Below, in pieces: positions 23,881 to 34,806 of a stretch of DNA of 64,000 nt; position 1 is the first letter of the stretch; every line of letters begins with the position of its first letter. The translations under genes were made by a program, and so were the position numbers. The notes below the pieces were generated by a model. The model saw only the letters and a list, made by a program, of their open reading frames with translations, made no database searches and was not told the DNA's origin. The DNA comes from Candidatus Enterousia sp. (lineage in GTDB: Bacteria; Pseudomonadota; Alphaproteobacteria; Rs-D84): NCBI GenBank assembly GCA_045654485.1, contig JAZONN010000003.1:14715-78714 (forward strand), written 5' to 3'.

Positions 23881-25143
23881 TTAACGGCTAACACAATATC
23901 CAAAAGTTTGTGCGATTGCAGACATTTCGCCATCGGATAATTCAGCAATCGGTATCACATAACAACGTGCACTATCCCGAACAATAAATACTTTGGTCCC
24001 ACGAATATAGGCCTGTTGCATATCATCCATTTGGGATGAAGACCACCAATCGTTTTGATGCAACGGCAAATGCGAAAATGCCGCCATTACCGCTTGGAAC
24101 GCATCATTGTACGTGTACAATTCTGCACGTGCTGTATATTCTTGCCATATAGATTGATTTTCATATGGATTTGGTACTTTTTGGTTGGCCGTGACATCTT
24201 GCCCCGTCAAGGCAATTGACGCAACCGCACGTATTGCCTCTAACCCATCTGAACCATTAGATGAACGTGCAGGTAAATTCAATTGGAAATTATCGCCACA
24301 CGCCAAATTCATACGGTTAACATAACTTGTTAAGACAGCATCAACGGCAGATTGCCAATCAGCACCTTTCTTGTTCATATCCAAAGACACAATCTTTTCG
24401 GCCCACCCCCAGATATTGGCACCCATATTACCCGCATTAGCAAAGCGTGAAACCATTTCCGCATCACCACCAGGAACACCAGCACCACACGCATCGGTTA
24501 ATTGGGTTGTTAACATACTTGACGTTTCATTACCGTATGACAATGCAATCGAATGGCACGCCATTGCCGCCTCTAATTCTTGGCGACGACGGATACACAA
24601 ATCAGAATGAGATTTAGACAGTTCATTTGCCATATTTGCCATAGACAAATACGACATTAATTCTTGCTGAACATACGAAGGACACAGACGGGCAGCCGTA
24701 TTCATTCCACCGATCGCACCATTTGTTGTAGAACCATATTGAGGCAACAAAACATCCATATCACGTTGCAAACATAACAACGCATAGTTATACAATTCGC
24801 TTTCCGTTGCGTACATACATCTTGATTCACGTTGACCTGGGACGATTACAGTATCGCCACAATATTCGGTAAAACATTCGAAAATCTTGCGACGGCAAGC
24901 GGTATCAACGTCCGGCTGACTTATGATAAAATTACGCTGATTCTGTTTATATGCATTCATTGCGCCTGCATTTCCACGCAGTTGAGTTGGCGTGACATTA
25001 GCACCCATCACCATCCCAGTCGTAGGCACATTTACACCACGTGCAGCATCCGCAACACCAACAGAACCCGCAGACACAGCATTTGCCGCATTCCCCAACA
25101 AACATGCACCAACTACGCCAAAAACACACAGAAAACGTTTCAT
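23881..25143 (-). CDS. Secreted Cys-containing hypothetical protein
   Basis: Signal peptide MKRFLC..NAANA after a GGGG RBS; long ORF. Confidence 0.7.
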   Translation of the reverse strand: MKRFLCVFGVVGACLLGNAANAVSAGSVGVADAARGVNVPTTGMVMGANVTPTQLRGNAGAMNAYKQNQRNFIISQPDVDTACRRKIFECFTEYCGDTVIVPGQRESRCMYATESELYNYALLCLQRDMDVLLPQYGSTTNGAIGGMNTAARLCPSYVQQELMSYLSMANMANELSKSHSDLCIRRRQELEAAMACHSIALSYGNETSSMLTTQLTDACGAGVPGGDAEMVSRFANAGNMGANIWGWAEKIVSLDMNKKGADWQSAVDAVLTSYVNRMNLACGDNFQLNLPARSSNGSDGLEAIRAVASIALTGQDVTANQKVPNPYENQSIWQEYTARAELYTYNDAFQAVMAAFSHLPLHQNDWWSSSQMDDMQQAYIRGTKVFIVRDSARCYVIPIAELSDGEMSAIAQTFGYCVSR

Positions 25144-25240
25144 TTTCCCCCTCCAATTTATTGCGATTATATCATAGGCAACACAAAAAGGCAAACAATC
25201 ATTTGATTTATATTTCATATAATGTTATTATTTGGTCGCT

Positions 25241-26312
25241 ATGATTATAACAAATGAATTTTTATCACAAATCCAAGACGACATTAATGCCGTCAGGGGG
25301 TTTCTTTGACCCGATTGCTTTACAAAAACAAATCGACGAATTAAATAGCCAAATCGACAACCCGAACCTTTGGGACAATCCAGACAATGCACGTGTTATC
25401 CTACAAAAAAAGGCAGGACTTGAACGTTCTTTGAACGAAATACGTCAAATGGAATCAGAATACGAAAACCTTCTCGATTTGTATTCTTTGGCACCAGACG
25501 ATCCAGATGTCGTGAATGCAATTGAAAAATTGGCAGATACCGCCCATCGCGCCAAGTTTATCACCCTTTTCCGTGAACCAGCCGACAAGGATGGCGCATT
25601 TTTATTCATCCAAGCCGGCGCCGGCGGAACCGAGGCACAAGATTGGGCACAAATGCTGTCCCGTATGTATTCACGCTGGGCGGAACGCCATGGATATTCA
25701 TGTGAAGTTATCGAAGAACACGAAGGCGACACAGCCGGAATAAAAAATATAACATACCGCATATCCGGCGAACGTGCGTACGGATGGTTAAAGAATGAAA
25801 TTGGCGTGCATAGATTGGTACGAATTTCGCCATTTAACGCAAACGGAAAACGTCAGACAAGTTTTGCATCCGTTGACGTATGGCCGGATATTGACGATAC
25901 AATCGAAATCGAAATAAATGACAAAGATTTGCGTATCGACACATACCGTGCATCGGGGGCCGGCGGACAACACGTTAACAAAACAGATAGTGCCGTCCGC
26001 ATAACACATATACCAAGCGGCGTAGTTGTCACATGTCAAAACGAACGTAGCCAGATTCAAAATCGTGAAATGGCCATGAAAATGCTGCGTAGTAAATTGT
26101 ACGAATTAGAAATGCAAAAACGTGCCGAAGCCGAAGACGCCGCCAAGGCCGCACAAAAGAAGATTGAGTGGGGCAGCCAAATTCGAAACTATGTTTTATA
26201 CCCATACCAATTGGTCAAAGATGTACGGACCGGCACAGAAAAAACTGATTCGGACGCCGTGCTGGATGGTGACTTAGACGAATTTATGTTGGATTTGTTA
26301 CAACGGGGATAA
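25241..26312 (+). CDS. prfB: Peptide chain release factor 2 with programmed +1 frameshift
   Basis: Frame-0 MIITNEF..VRGFL, then AGGGGG-TTT-CTT-TGA-C (25295-25310); SPF, GGQ, WGSQIR motifs. Confidence 0.95.
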
Positions 26313-26377
26313 AAGCATTTGCATTTTTTAGTAAATTTTTGATAAAGTGGTTAACGAAAGAGAGAAAAGGAAACGAA

Positions 26378-27044
26378 GTGAAGCACATCCACAAATTACT
26401 ATATTCATTGTTTAGTTTTTGCATATGTGTTTTTTCTATTTTATCTGCAAATGCGGCACAAAAATGCGGAAAATTAATACAGCGAGATGACGGTGCAACA
26501 GATTTGCAGGCGGAAGGATGGACGTGGCATTTGTATAAAGACGGTCTGCCAACTACAATTAATACATCTTGGGGGGGTGTGTGCAAACAATCAATGCATA
26601 ACCATATCATCAGACACTTTTAGTGCAGCATGCATCCAATATTCTAATGTGGCGATGTTAAGTTTGTATGAATCCGCGTTTTTATCCTATGGTTGCACAT
26701 CAGGAGAAGCGTATACAGCAACCAAATGCATCCCAGATTCCCAATGCGAGACCGGTCGTAGCGCATGCAATTCGAACATTTATCACAAAATGACCTGTTC
26801 GAACGGTTGCGCCACCGGGTATTTCTATGATTCTACAACCAACAACTGTATTGTGTGCCCATCGTATTACACCAAGCAGCTGGGAAAAGCAGAAGTGATG
26901 CGTTACGGAACGACCTCTGGTTGCGCAACGACAGGCAATGCCATAAAAACCAGATGTTATATTACAAATGTCACAGACGGATACAACAATTCGAATGGGG
27001 ATAGATACTCGATATCTAACGATCACTGTTTTTATTCAAATTAA
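26378..27044 (+). pseudogene. Secreted Cys-rich protein split by a frameshift at G7(TG)3 (phase-variable or sequencing error)
   Basis: Signal-peptide ORF (GTG 26378) and a Cys-rich ORF (CATGYFY..CIVCP..RCYI) in the +1 frame join at 26571-26583. Confidence 0.65.
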
Positions 27045-27165
27045 TAAAATAAGTTGACATATATTGTTTTTTTGATGTAAGCTTACAGTTGTAAAAACGC
27101 AGAATTTTTTAACAGATTTTTTATGATTTGTATCGTCTGTGTTTTATAAAATCAAGTGGGGTATC

Positions 27166-28113
27166 ATGCCAAAAATATCAGTTATTATTCCAAATAAAAA
27201 TTATGCCGATTTTCTGCGAAGCGCATTAGATTCAGTTAAATATCAGAGTTTTACAGATTGGGAATGTATTGTTGTCGATGACGCCAGTGTTGATAATTCA
27301 TGCGACATAATCCAAGAGTATGTAGACGCCGACAATCGTTTCAAATTAATTAAAATGCCGAAACATTCTGGCATATCGGCTGTACGTAATGCCGGTTTGG
27401 ATGCCGCCATAGGTGATTATATTGCATTTTTAGATGCCGATGACGCATACGCACAAACAGCACTTGAAACACTATACACAGCCGCAGAAATGACGGGTGC
27501 CGATATAGCAAATGGTTTTGCACAAAATGTGAATGAGCATTTTAAATTTATCCCCGCAAAAAGTGCAGCTTTTATGCCAACTGAATTTTCGCTATTCTTT
27601 CGACATGGTCTATATCTTGCGCACGGCACGCAAAATCAAAGTTGGTTTTGGCTATGGCGTCGCTTATATAAGCGCAGCATTATTGGAGATCTTCGCTTTG
27701 ACGAACGTTTAAATCAGATTGGTGAAGACATAGGATTCACACTAAACGTAACCCATCGTGCAGGTTTGATGGTTGAAATACCGATCGTGGTCACATATCA
27801 TCGCATACACTTTAATAGCGTATCCAAGAGAGCAGATACCATGGCATGTATGTCATACCTGTCGGTAATACTAGAAACTGCCAACTCATTGATTCCAAAT
27901 TATGAACCACAGTTTTGGTATATGTTTTATAATTTGATTACCGACTATATAGTGCGTGAATGCGTTATAAAGCCACGAAGTTCGAAAACAAACCTAGAAC
28001 ACGGACGCAAAACTATGATTCATTGCGCACAAATTATGCCACGTCAATTTTTGCCACGTAAAAAAAGATTTATGTTTTGGTATTTATCAAGGTTAAAACA
28101 TGCACAAGATTAA
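27166..28113 (+). CDS. Glycosyltransferase family 2
   Basis: ISVIIP, VVDDAS, RNAGL, FLDADD, GED. Confidence 0.92.
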   Translation: MPKISVIIPNKNYADFLRSALDSVKYQSFTDWECIVVDDASVDNSCDIIQEYVDADNRFKLIKMPKHSGISAVRNAGLDAAIGDYIAFLDADDAYAQTALETLYTAAEMTGADIANGFAQNVNEHFKFIPAKSAAFMPTEFSLFFRHGLYLAHGTQNQSWFWLWRRLYKRSIIGDLRFDERLNQIGEDIGFTLNVTHRAGLMVEIPIVVTYHRIHFNSVSKRADTMACMSYLSVILETANSLIPNYEPQFWYMFYNLITDYIVRECVIKPRSSKTNLEHGRKTMIHCAQIMPRQFLPRKKRFMFWYLSRLKHAQD

Positions 28114-29038
28114 TCTGCTTTTTTCTTTTGATGATAAGTTTTGGAAATACGCAGCGGTTTCCATTGTTTCTGTATTAAAAAGTAAAAACTCTGACACCTT
28201 AATTGATGTGTATTGCATGGTACCAAAAGGCACAAGTTGGTGGGCGCATAGAAAAATAAAAAAACACGTCCGTAAATTTCCCGGTTGCAATTTAATTTGG
28301 CGGGAAATCAAAGAATCAGAAAATCCATTTCAATCATGGGAATTTAAGAGGTGGAGCCCTGTGATATTCTATCGTTTGTTCGCACATAAAATATTCCCAC
28401 ACCTAAATCGTATTCTGTACATGGATTCAGACACTTTGACACGTGGCGATTTGTGGGATTTGTACAACACAGATATGGGCGATAACGTTATGGCCGCTGT
28501 GCAAGATTTGGCATTGGTAGACAATCCAAACAATAACATAGGACAATACGTACGTCATTTCATAATAAAACATATACCAAATGGCCTTTATATAAATTCT
28601 GGCGTACTGTTAATTAACACAACCAAAATTAAAGAGCTGGACAAATTGGCCGAGCCCTTGAACGGAATAGACCTGTCGTTACCAGACCAAGATTTGATTA
28701 ACATGAAATTGGCGGGACGCATTTTTAGATTGTCATTAAAATATAACTTCTCGTTCGCAGAAACGTTTCCAAAGGAGTACGATCAAGATGACATAAGTGA
28801 TGCCAAAAAAAATTATGTCATCTATCATTTTTATACAAGAAAACCATTCTTGTTAAAATACGAAAATCGTGATGTTTTTGAATCTTTTGAAAAACATGTT
28901 AATTTGTTGGGATGGACATCCGCCGATTTAATACGACACGAAACAAAATTCTTGAAGAAAAAAACACATATCCCGGGCTTGACAATTTCTGGGGCCGACC
29001 TAAAAATATGTGGGATAAAGGTTATGCGTTTATCATAA
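28100..29038 (+). CDS. Glycosyltransferase family 8
   Basis: FYRL, YMDSD, YINSGVLLIN, PDQDLIN, YN, IYHF..KP. Confidence 0.92.
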   Translation: MHKINLLFSFDDKFWKYAAVSIVSVLKSKNSDTLIDVYCMVPKGTSWWAHRKIKKHVRKFPGCNLIWREIKESENPFQSWEFKRWSPVIFYRLFAHKIFPHLNRILYMDSDTLTRGDLWDLYNTDMGDNVMAAVQDLALVDNPNNNIGQYVRHFIIKHIPNGLYINSGVLLINTTKIKELDKLAEPLNGIDLSLPDQDLINMKLAGRIFRLSLKYNFSFAETFPKEYDQDDISDAKKNYVIYHFYTRKPFLLKYENRDVFESFEKHVNLLGWTSADLIRHETKFLKKKTHIPGLTISGADLKICGIKVMRLS

Positions 29039-29057
29039 CAAAAACAGAGATTCAAGA

Positions 29058-29873
29058 ATGAAAAAAGACAGATTTTTACAGTATAAAAAAGCCATTTGCG
29101 CATATCGTGGCGATGCGGTTAATGTATGCGAACCACAAAATACTGGCACTCAACACAACCTATTGATGGCAGACACATATAACGGGAAAATGGCATTTAA
29201 GTTTAACGAATATAATATTGTGCAAAAAAATGCCGCCGTGTCACACATTTATAACACACGTGGCATACGTGTACCCGATGTAAAAATAGCTCAATCGGAT
29301 GAGTTGTTCTTTGAAACTTATCGTATTTTAGATGGGATTACCTTGGCCCAGGCAATCAAAGACGGCATTGGCGCACAACAAATCCAAAACATATATGCAA
29401 ACATTATGGCTTCGTTCGCAAAAATGGACCGTGTTTACCCAAGCACCCTGCCCCAAAATGAAATGAACTATGTACACAATATTGGTGCCAGTTATGTTGC
29501 GAATACTATTGGGCGCCCCGCATCATGGTTGATAAAACCTTTGTTAAAATCGGTCAATCGTGGGCCTGAAAGAGATATATCGGTTTACCATACAGGTATT
29601 ACACCGAAGAACACCATCGTATCGAACGACGGGCATTTTGTCGGCTTTGTCGATTTAGACGAAGCGTGTATTTGCAATAAAAACTATGCATTTGCGATGA
29701 TGGCGGCAAAATATCAAGAAATCGGATTTGATTATACGGATTTAATCAAACTGTATGAAAGTGTGGGACGTGGCAAAATCAATCGCGAGATGGTACGAAA
29801 ACTGGTTAACGCTTCGACCGCAATTAAGCGCACAATGTGGAAACTCCAACAGTTAAAGCAAAAATCTAAATAA
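29058..29873 (+). CDS. APH/choline-kinase-like fold protein, probably degenerate
   Basis: AFKF, GIRVPDV, HTGITPKN (for HxDxxxxN), GFVDLDE. Confidence 0.65.
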   Translation: MKKDRFLQYKKAICAYRGDAVNVCEPQNTGTQHNLLMADTYNGKMAFKFNEYNIVQKNAAVSHIYNTRGIRVPDVKIAQSDELFFETYRILDGITLAQAIKDGIGAQQIQNIYANIMASFAKMDRVYPSTLPQNEMNYVHNIGASYVANTIGRPASWLIKPLLKSVNRGPERDISVYHTGITPKNTIVSNDGHFVGFVDLDEACICNKNYAFAMMAAKYQEIGFDYTDLIKLYESVGRGKINREMVRKLVNASTAIKRTMWKLQQLKQKSK

Positions 29874-29915
29874 TCTTGCTTTTTAATGCGCATAAGCATA
29901 TAATTACCGATGTTT

Positions 29916-29992
29916 GCACCCATGGCCTAACTGGATATGGCGCGTCCCTCCGAAGGACGAGATTACAGGTTCGAATCCTGTTGGGTGCGCCA
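29916..29992 (+). tRNA. tRNA-Arg(CCG)
   Basis: GCACCCA/TGGGTGC acceptor, CGTCC-CTCCGAA-GGACG, GTTCGAATC, CCA; 77 nt. Confidence 0.95.
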
Positions 29993-30019
29993 AAATTAAC
30001 GCATGCAATTGTATAAAAC

Positions 30020-31177
30020 ATGAACCTCTATGATATTATCATTATCGGTGCAGGTGCGGCAGGTTTGTCCGCCGCAGGCGTCGCCACACAGCAAAACAAA
30101 CGTGTTTTGCTGCTTGAAATGGGTGACGTGGTTGCACGTAAAGTTATGGCATCAGGTGGAGGACGATGCAATATCACAAATGCCGCAGTTGCAGTTGATA
30201 GATACTTTGGTGAAAATCCAAACTTTGTACGTAGCGCAATATCCCGAGTTCAATATACCGATATATTAAAATGGGCCGCAAATCATAAAATCGCCATAAC
30301 AGAAAAAACCACCGGTAGATACTTCTGTACAAACGGTGCAAAAACAGTAGTAGATGCGTTAATTGACGATGCACGTGATGCAGATATATTAATACAACAA
30401 AACGTTGTAGATATCGAAAAAAACAATGACGTATTCTATGTAAAGACCAAAGAAAATACATTTTGTGGCAAGTCCGTAATTGTTGCAACAGGCGGAATAT
30501 CGTTTGCGAACCTTGGCATATCAGATATTGGATATAAAATCGCAAAAAAATTTGGCCATAAAATAATCCCTGTACGCCCCGCCCTTTGTGCAATAAACAC
30601 ACCCGCATTTCCCAACGAATTGGCCGGCATTGCATTATCGGTCGAAATAACCATTGATAAAAACAAAGTGCGTGACGATATGTTGTTTACCCATTTTGGA
30701 ATCGGCGGGCCGGCGACATACAGAACATCTTTGTTCGACACCCCAAATGGTATATCTATAAACTTTTTACCAGATGTAAATATTACCGACATTTTCAAAC
30801 ACGCAAAACGGACAAACGGTCGCAAAAATACCACAACCATATTGTCAGAATATCTGCCGTCACGTGTTGCAAAATGGATTGTTGGGAACGACACCAGAAA
30901 TATCGCAGATATAAAGGATTGCGAATTAACAGAATTTGCAAATAAAATTCACAAATTTCACATCGCACCAAACGATATTAAAATGCACGGAATGATGGCA
31001 GCCGAGGTGGTTCGTGGCGGCGTTTCAGTTGATGAAATATCGTCAAAAACAATGGAATCAAAGTTGTGCAGCGGGCTTTTCTTGGTCGGTGAAGTGGTTG
31101 ATATTGCCGGTGATTTGGGCGGTTTTAACCTACATTGGGCCTGGGCCAGCGGACGTATAGCTGGAATGTACGCATAG
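30020..31177 (+). CDS. HI0933/YhiN-family flavoprotein
   Basis: [43 protein letters not shown]. Confidence 0.92.
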   Translation: MNLYDIIIIGAGAAGLSAAGVATQQNKRVLLLEMGDVVARKVMASGGGRCNITNAAVAVDRYFGENPNFVRSAISRVQYTDILKWAANHKIAITEKTTGRYFCTNGAKTVVDALIDDARDADILIQQNVVDIEKNNDVFYVKTKENTFCGKSVIVATGGISFANLGISDIGYKIAKKFGHKIIPVRPALCAINTPAFPNELAGIALSVEITIDKNKVRDDMLFTHFGIGGPATYRTSLFDTPNGISINFLPDVNITDIFKHAKRTNGRKNTTTILSEYLPSRVAKWIVGNDTRNIADIKDCELTEFANKIHKFHIAPNDIKMHGMMAAEVVRGGVSVDEISSKTMESKLCSGLFLVGEVVDIAGDLGGFNLHWAWASGRIAGMYA

Positions 31178-31245
31178 CGGAATTCATACCTGTCACTTAT
31201 TAGATAAATTCATTGTATGATACCTGTCATAATCAGAGGTTTATA

Positions 31246-31806
31246 ATGAATACACAGACAACAGATTTCCAAGCATGGACACCACAACAAAGCCCACGTG
31301 GAATAGTCCAAATAATCCCAAACAACAACTATGATGCACATAAAAAATTTGCATGCTTCTTGGCGGCAAACGGTTATATCGTTGTTTGCGCACCGGATAT
31401 ACCACCAATAATGAAACAGCAATCACAATTGCCCATCTTTCTAATACGACATGATGATGGACGCACGCCTTGGCCAGACACGAGTATGTATAAGGCCTGT
31501 ATCGCCATTAAGAAACGCAAAGAATATCGTAATATGATTGTTAAATTATGGGATTATTTTGTCGATAATCCATACGAATGCGCACGACCAGATAAACCGT
31601 GTCTTATTATAAGCAATGGCAAGGACGTATTCAATGTTGCAAGTTGTGTATCACAATCTTTGTATCGAAACTATAAAGATTACAACATCAATCATTTGAC
31701 CGTTGTTGTGTACCCGTATGCAAATAACGATATGATGCAAGATGAAAATTGGCCAAATGCACAAAACGAAATTTTGCGATTTGTAAACCAAATGCGAATG
31801 ATATAA
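31246..31806 (+). CDS. Degenerate lysophospholipase-like alpha/beta hydrolase
   Basis: W.P...PRGIVQII..FA.FL..NGYIV; LPIFLIRHDDG sits where GHSMG is expected. Confidence 0.55.
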   Translation: MNTQTTDFQAWTPQQSPRGIVQIIPNNNYDAHKKFACFLAANGYIVVCAPDIPPIMKQQSQLPIFLIRHDDGRTPWPDTSMYKACIAIKKRKEYRNMIVKLWDYFVDNPYECARPDKPCLIISNGKDVFNVASCVSQSLYRNYKDYNINHLTVVVYPYANNDMMQDENWPNAQNEILRFVNQMRMI

Positions 31807-31832
31807 AGAACAACCGCCGTGTGGCGGTTTTT

Positions 31833-32144
31833 TTATTCTTCTATCAGCATCATCGCTTGACCATCTTCGACAATCAGGTCGGGATCGGCAGTCGTTGGTT
31901 TACCATCTGTCCAAACATAATATGAATATTGAGTGTTTGGATCGGCCTGTATCTGAATAACGTGATTCTTGGTTTCCAACGTCAAATCATTGCCATTTGG
32001 TGTATCCATACGAATAATTGAACATTCCGGACCGACGCAACGATACAATTCATCCGCCATTGGTTCCGAGACACCTTCATTGGCAGACCGACAACCCGCC
32101 AGTGCCGCCAAAATTATCATTAAAGATATATATTTCTGCTTCAT
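31833..32144 (-). CDS. Small lipoprotein
   Basis: Lipobox LAGC after a hydrophobic stretch. Confidence 0.75.
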   Translation of the reverse strand: MKQKYISLMIILAALAGCRSANEGVSEPMADELYRCVGPECSIIRMDTPNGNDLTLETKNHVIQIQADPNTQYSYYVWTDGKPTTADPDLIVEDGQAMMLIEE

Positions 32145-32181
32145 AATGTGTATTGTATCATATTTTTGCATCGACGACAAA

Positions 32182-34803
32182 CTATTTTTTGTCGCCACCA
32201 GCCCCAAGCATCCGTATAATAGCAACACGTAGGAAATTAAACGGTATTATCAATATAGCCAAACCAAATATAGTTAACCATTGATACAAATCCAATGGTT
32301 GCAATTGCAATATCGCACCACCAAACTGGGTCGCCAATATTGTTCCAAACATAATGCCAAACGCAACAATAACGAATGTTAGATTTTTAGTCAAACCACG
32401 GAAAATATTAAATCCTGTAGAACGTATCACAAACCCACCAAACACAGACGCAATGATTAACAACGCAAAGTTGGCAGACATACGTGTTTCCGCACCCGAG
32501 AACATATCAGACACAGGTGGCAAAAATGTTAAACCAAACAATAACAAACATACAAATGTGTTATATATGATATAATTCGTCGTGTTTCTTGATAATAGTG
32601 GTGCATTTTTACCCAACACCGGTTCAGACATGTATTCTGGACGTGCCGGTTCACCACCAAACGCCAATGAATTCAAACTATCCATAACGATATTAATCAA
32701 CAGAATTTGGACAGCACAAAATGCATCTAGGCCGGTCAAAATAGGCATAAGCATACTTAACGTAACCAACGTAAAATTAATCGGCAACTGAAAACGCAGG
32801 AAATTTGTAACATTATGCATAAATGTACGACCCAACAAGATACTATTTGCGACCGATATAAAGTTATTGTCGGTTATGATGATATCGCTGGCCGATTTAC
32901 ATACATCGGTACTATTACCCATCGCAAAGCCAACGTCTGCACGTTTTAACGCCGGCGCATCATTTGTACCATCACCACACATACCGATACACAAATCCAA
33001 ACTCTGCGCCAGTTTAACAACACGCAGTTTGGTTTCCGGTGTTGCACGTGCAATTACACGAATATGTGGCAATTTGCGCAACGCAACCGCATCAGACAGG
33101 GCGTCAAATTCAGATGCAGTCAAAGCGATATCTTTTTTAGCGGACATAATACCACATTCTCTTGCAATGGCACGGGCTGTATCCAAAATATCGCCCGTTA
33201 TCATCATTACACCAACACCAGATTGACGCAGACGCCCCACAACCCCAGGTACACCAGGACGAATTTCATCACGCATAGAAACCAATGACAATAGCACAAT
33301 ACGTTCGGGCAAAATATCGCCAGAAACCGCACAATCCGCATAGCCCATCGCAACCATACGCATAGAACGGGACATACATTCGTGCATCAATTCAGAAATC
33401 CGTTCATGATTAATATGATGTATGCGGCCATCTGCCCCAAGATAACTATCTACGTGCGCCAATACGACTTCGGGTGCGCCAGTTATATATGTACGCATAC
33501 CATCGGACTCTGATACGGATGTGGCCGAAAATTTCTTGGCACTGTCAAACACAGAACGGTTAACGATACGCAGCTTTGAACGTGCGGCATCTATGTTACC
33601 ATGAATATCAGATGCGGCAAATATTGCACGTTCGGTGGTTGTACCACCAATCACAAGACCGGATTTATCGCGTGTGGATGGACTATTTGCCAAAATACCG
33701 GCACGAATTACATCGTGTAATTTGTCCGTCCCAGAAAAACCAACATCGTTGCCGGCACCATCATAGTTTGCTTCGGCCATCAAATTGCCAAATGTTAATG
33801 TTCCTGTTTTATCTGTGCACAGCAATTGGATATTGCCGGCTTCGGGGATTTTGTTGGGATTTTTAGCCAAAATATTATTCTTTATCATTGTGCGAACATT
33901 TTGGCCCGTAATCAATCCGATAATGAACGGTAAACCTTCGGGAACAGCGGCGACAAAAATTGTTAACCCCACAGTCAAAGCATTCAATACAACATATAAT
34001 AACCCAACACCACCAGTTATACCTTCGGCCGATAAATGTACAACAACCATAACAAGACAAATAATCGCAGAACAAATCAAGCCAATACGACTAATTTGAC
34101 CGGCCAGATTATCCAATTGAATCTGCAACGTTGTCTTTAATTCGGTAATATCGGTTAGAGTTGACATTATTTTGGCATTTTCCGTTGCCATCCCAACACG
34201 GGTTACCAACATATGCGCAGTACCACTTTGAACCAATGTGCCGGAAAAGACACTATTTTTATCGGTATAATCATCAGCGGTAATGGTCTTGGCCGGATTG
34301 TATTTATATCCACGTACGGGCAATTTATCGCATTCGTCGGATTCCCCATTTAAAATAGAATTATCCACAGAAATATTACCGGAAACAACATAGCCATCTG
34401 CAGGCACGGTTTCGCCAGCCGCCAAAATAACCGTGTCACCAACAACCAATTCGGTCGCATCCAAACGAGTCACCCGGCCATTGCGCAAAACATTTGAATA
34501 AACAATTGATGCACGACGACGTAATTCCAAAGTATTTTTTTGACTACGCAAACGTGTTACGACACTTATTATCGACACAACAAACAACACAACGGCAATC
34601 CCAATTGGTTCATAAACACTGCCGTATCCAAACGTGGCAAGAATGGTAAACATAACCATCATAGCCAACAAAATTAAATTCAATTTATCACGAAAAACAT
34701 CACCAAGAAATGACAGCCATGTTCGTGGCTTGGCCATCGGAATTATATTAGCACCGTATTTTTGACGCGATGCCAAAACCTGAGAATTATTCAAACCTTT
34801 CAT
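32182..34803 (-). CDS. Cation (Ca2+-type) P-type ATPase
   Basis: VPADG, NGES, VAAVPEGLP, DKTGTLT, TGD, GDGTNDAPAL, FLRFQL. Confidence 0.93.
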   Translation of the reverse strand: MKGLNNSQVLASRQKYGANIIPMAKPRTWLSFLGDVFRDKLNLILLAMMVMFTILATFGYGSVYEPIGIAVVLFVVSIISVVTRLRSQKNTLELRRRASIVYSNVLRNGRVTRLDATELVVGDTVILAAGETVPADGYVVSGNISVDNSILNGESDECDKLPVRGYKYNPAKTITADDYTDKNSVFSGTLVQSGTAHMLVTRVGMATENAKIMSTLTDITELKTTLQIQLDNLAGQISRIGLICSAIICLVMVVVHLSAEGITGGVGLLYVVLNALTVGLTIFVAAVPEGLPFIIGLITGQNVRTMIKNNILAKNPNKIPEAGNIQLLCTDKTGTLTFGNLMAEANYDGAGNDVGFSGTDKLHDVIRAGILANSPSTRDKSGLVIGGTTTERAIFAASDIHGNIDAARSKLRIVNRSVFDSAKKFSATSVSESDGMRTYITGAPEVVLAHVDSYLGADGRIHHINHERISELMHECMSRSMRMVAMGYADCAVSGDILPERIVLLSLVSMRDEIRPGVPGVVGRLRQSGVGVMMITGDILDTARAIARECGIMSAKKDIALTASEFDALSDAVALRKLPHIRVIARATPETKLRVVKLAQSLDLCIGMCGDGTNDAPALKRADVGFAMGNSTDVCKSASDIIITDNNFISVANSILLGRTFMHNVTNFLRFQLPINFTLVTLSMLMPILTGLDAFCAVQILLINIVMDSLNSLAFGGEPARPEYMSEPVLGKNAPLLSRNTTNYIIYNTFVCLLLFGLTFLPPVSDMFSGAETRMSANFALLIIASVFGGFVIRSTGFNIFRGLTKNLTFVIVAFGIMFGTILATQFGGAILQLQPLDLYQWLTIFGLAILIIPFNFLRVAIIRMLGAGGDKK

Positions 34804-34806
34804 ATT

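Noticed and set aside
25254-25306. ORF-track start of prfB (MNFYHK..) as the primary start
   Set aside because: The canonical frameshift cassette and the RF2-like frame-0 peptide from 25241 explain the region better.
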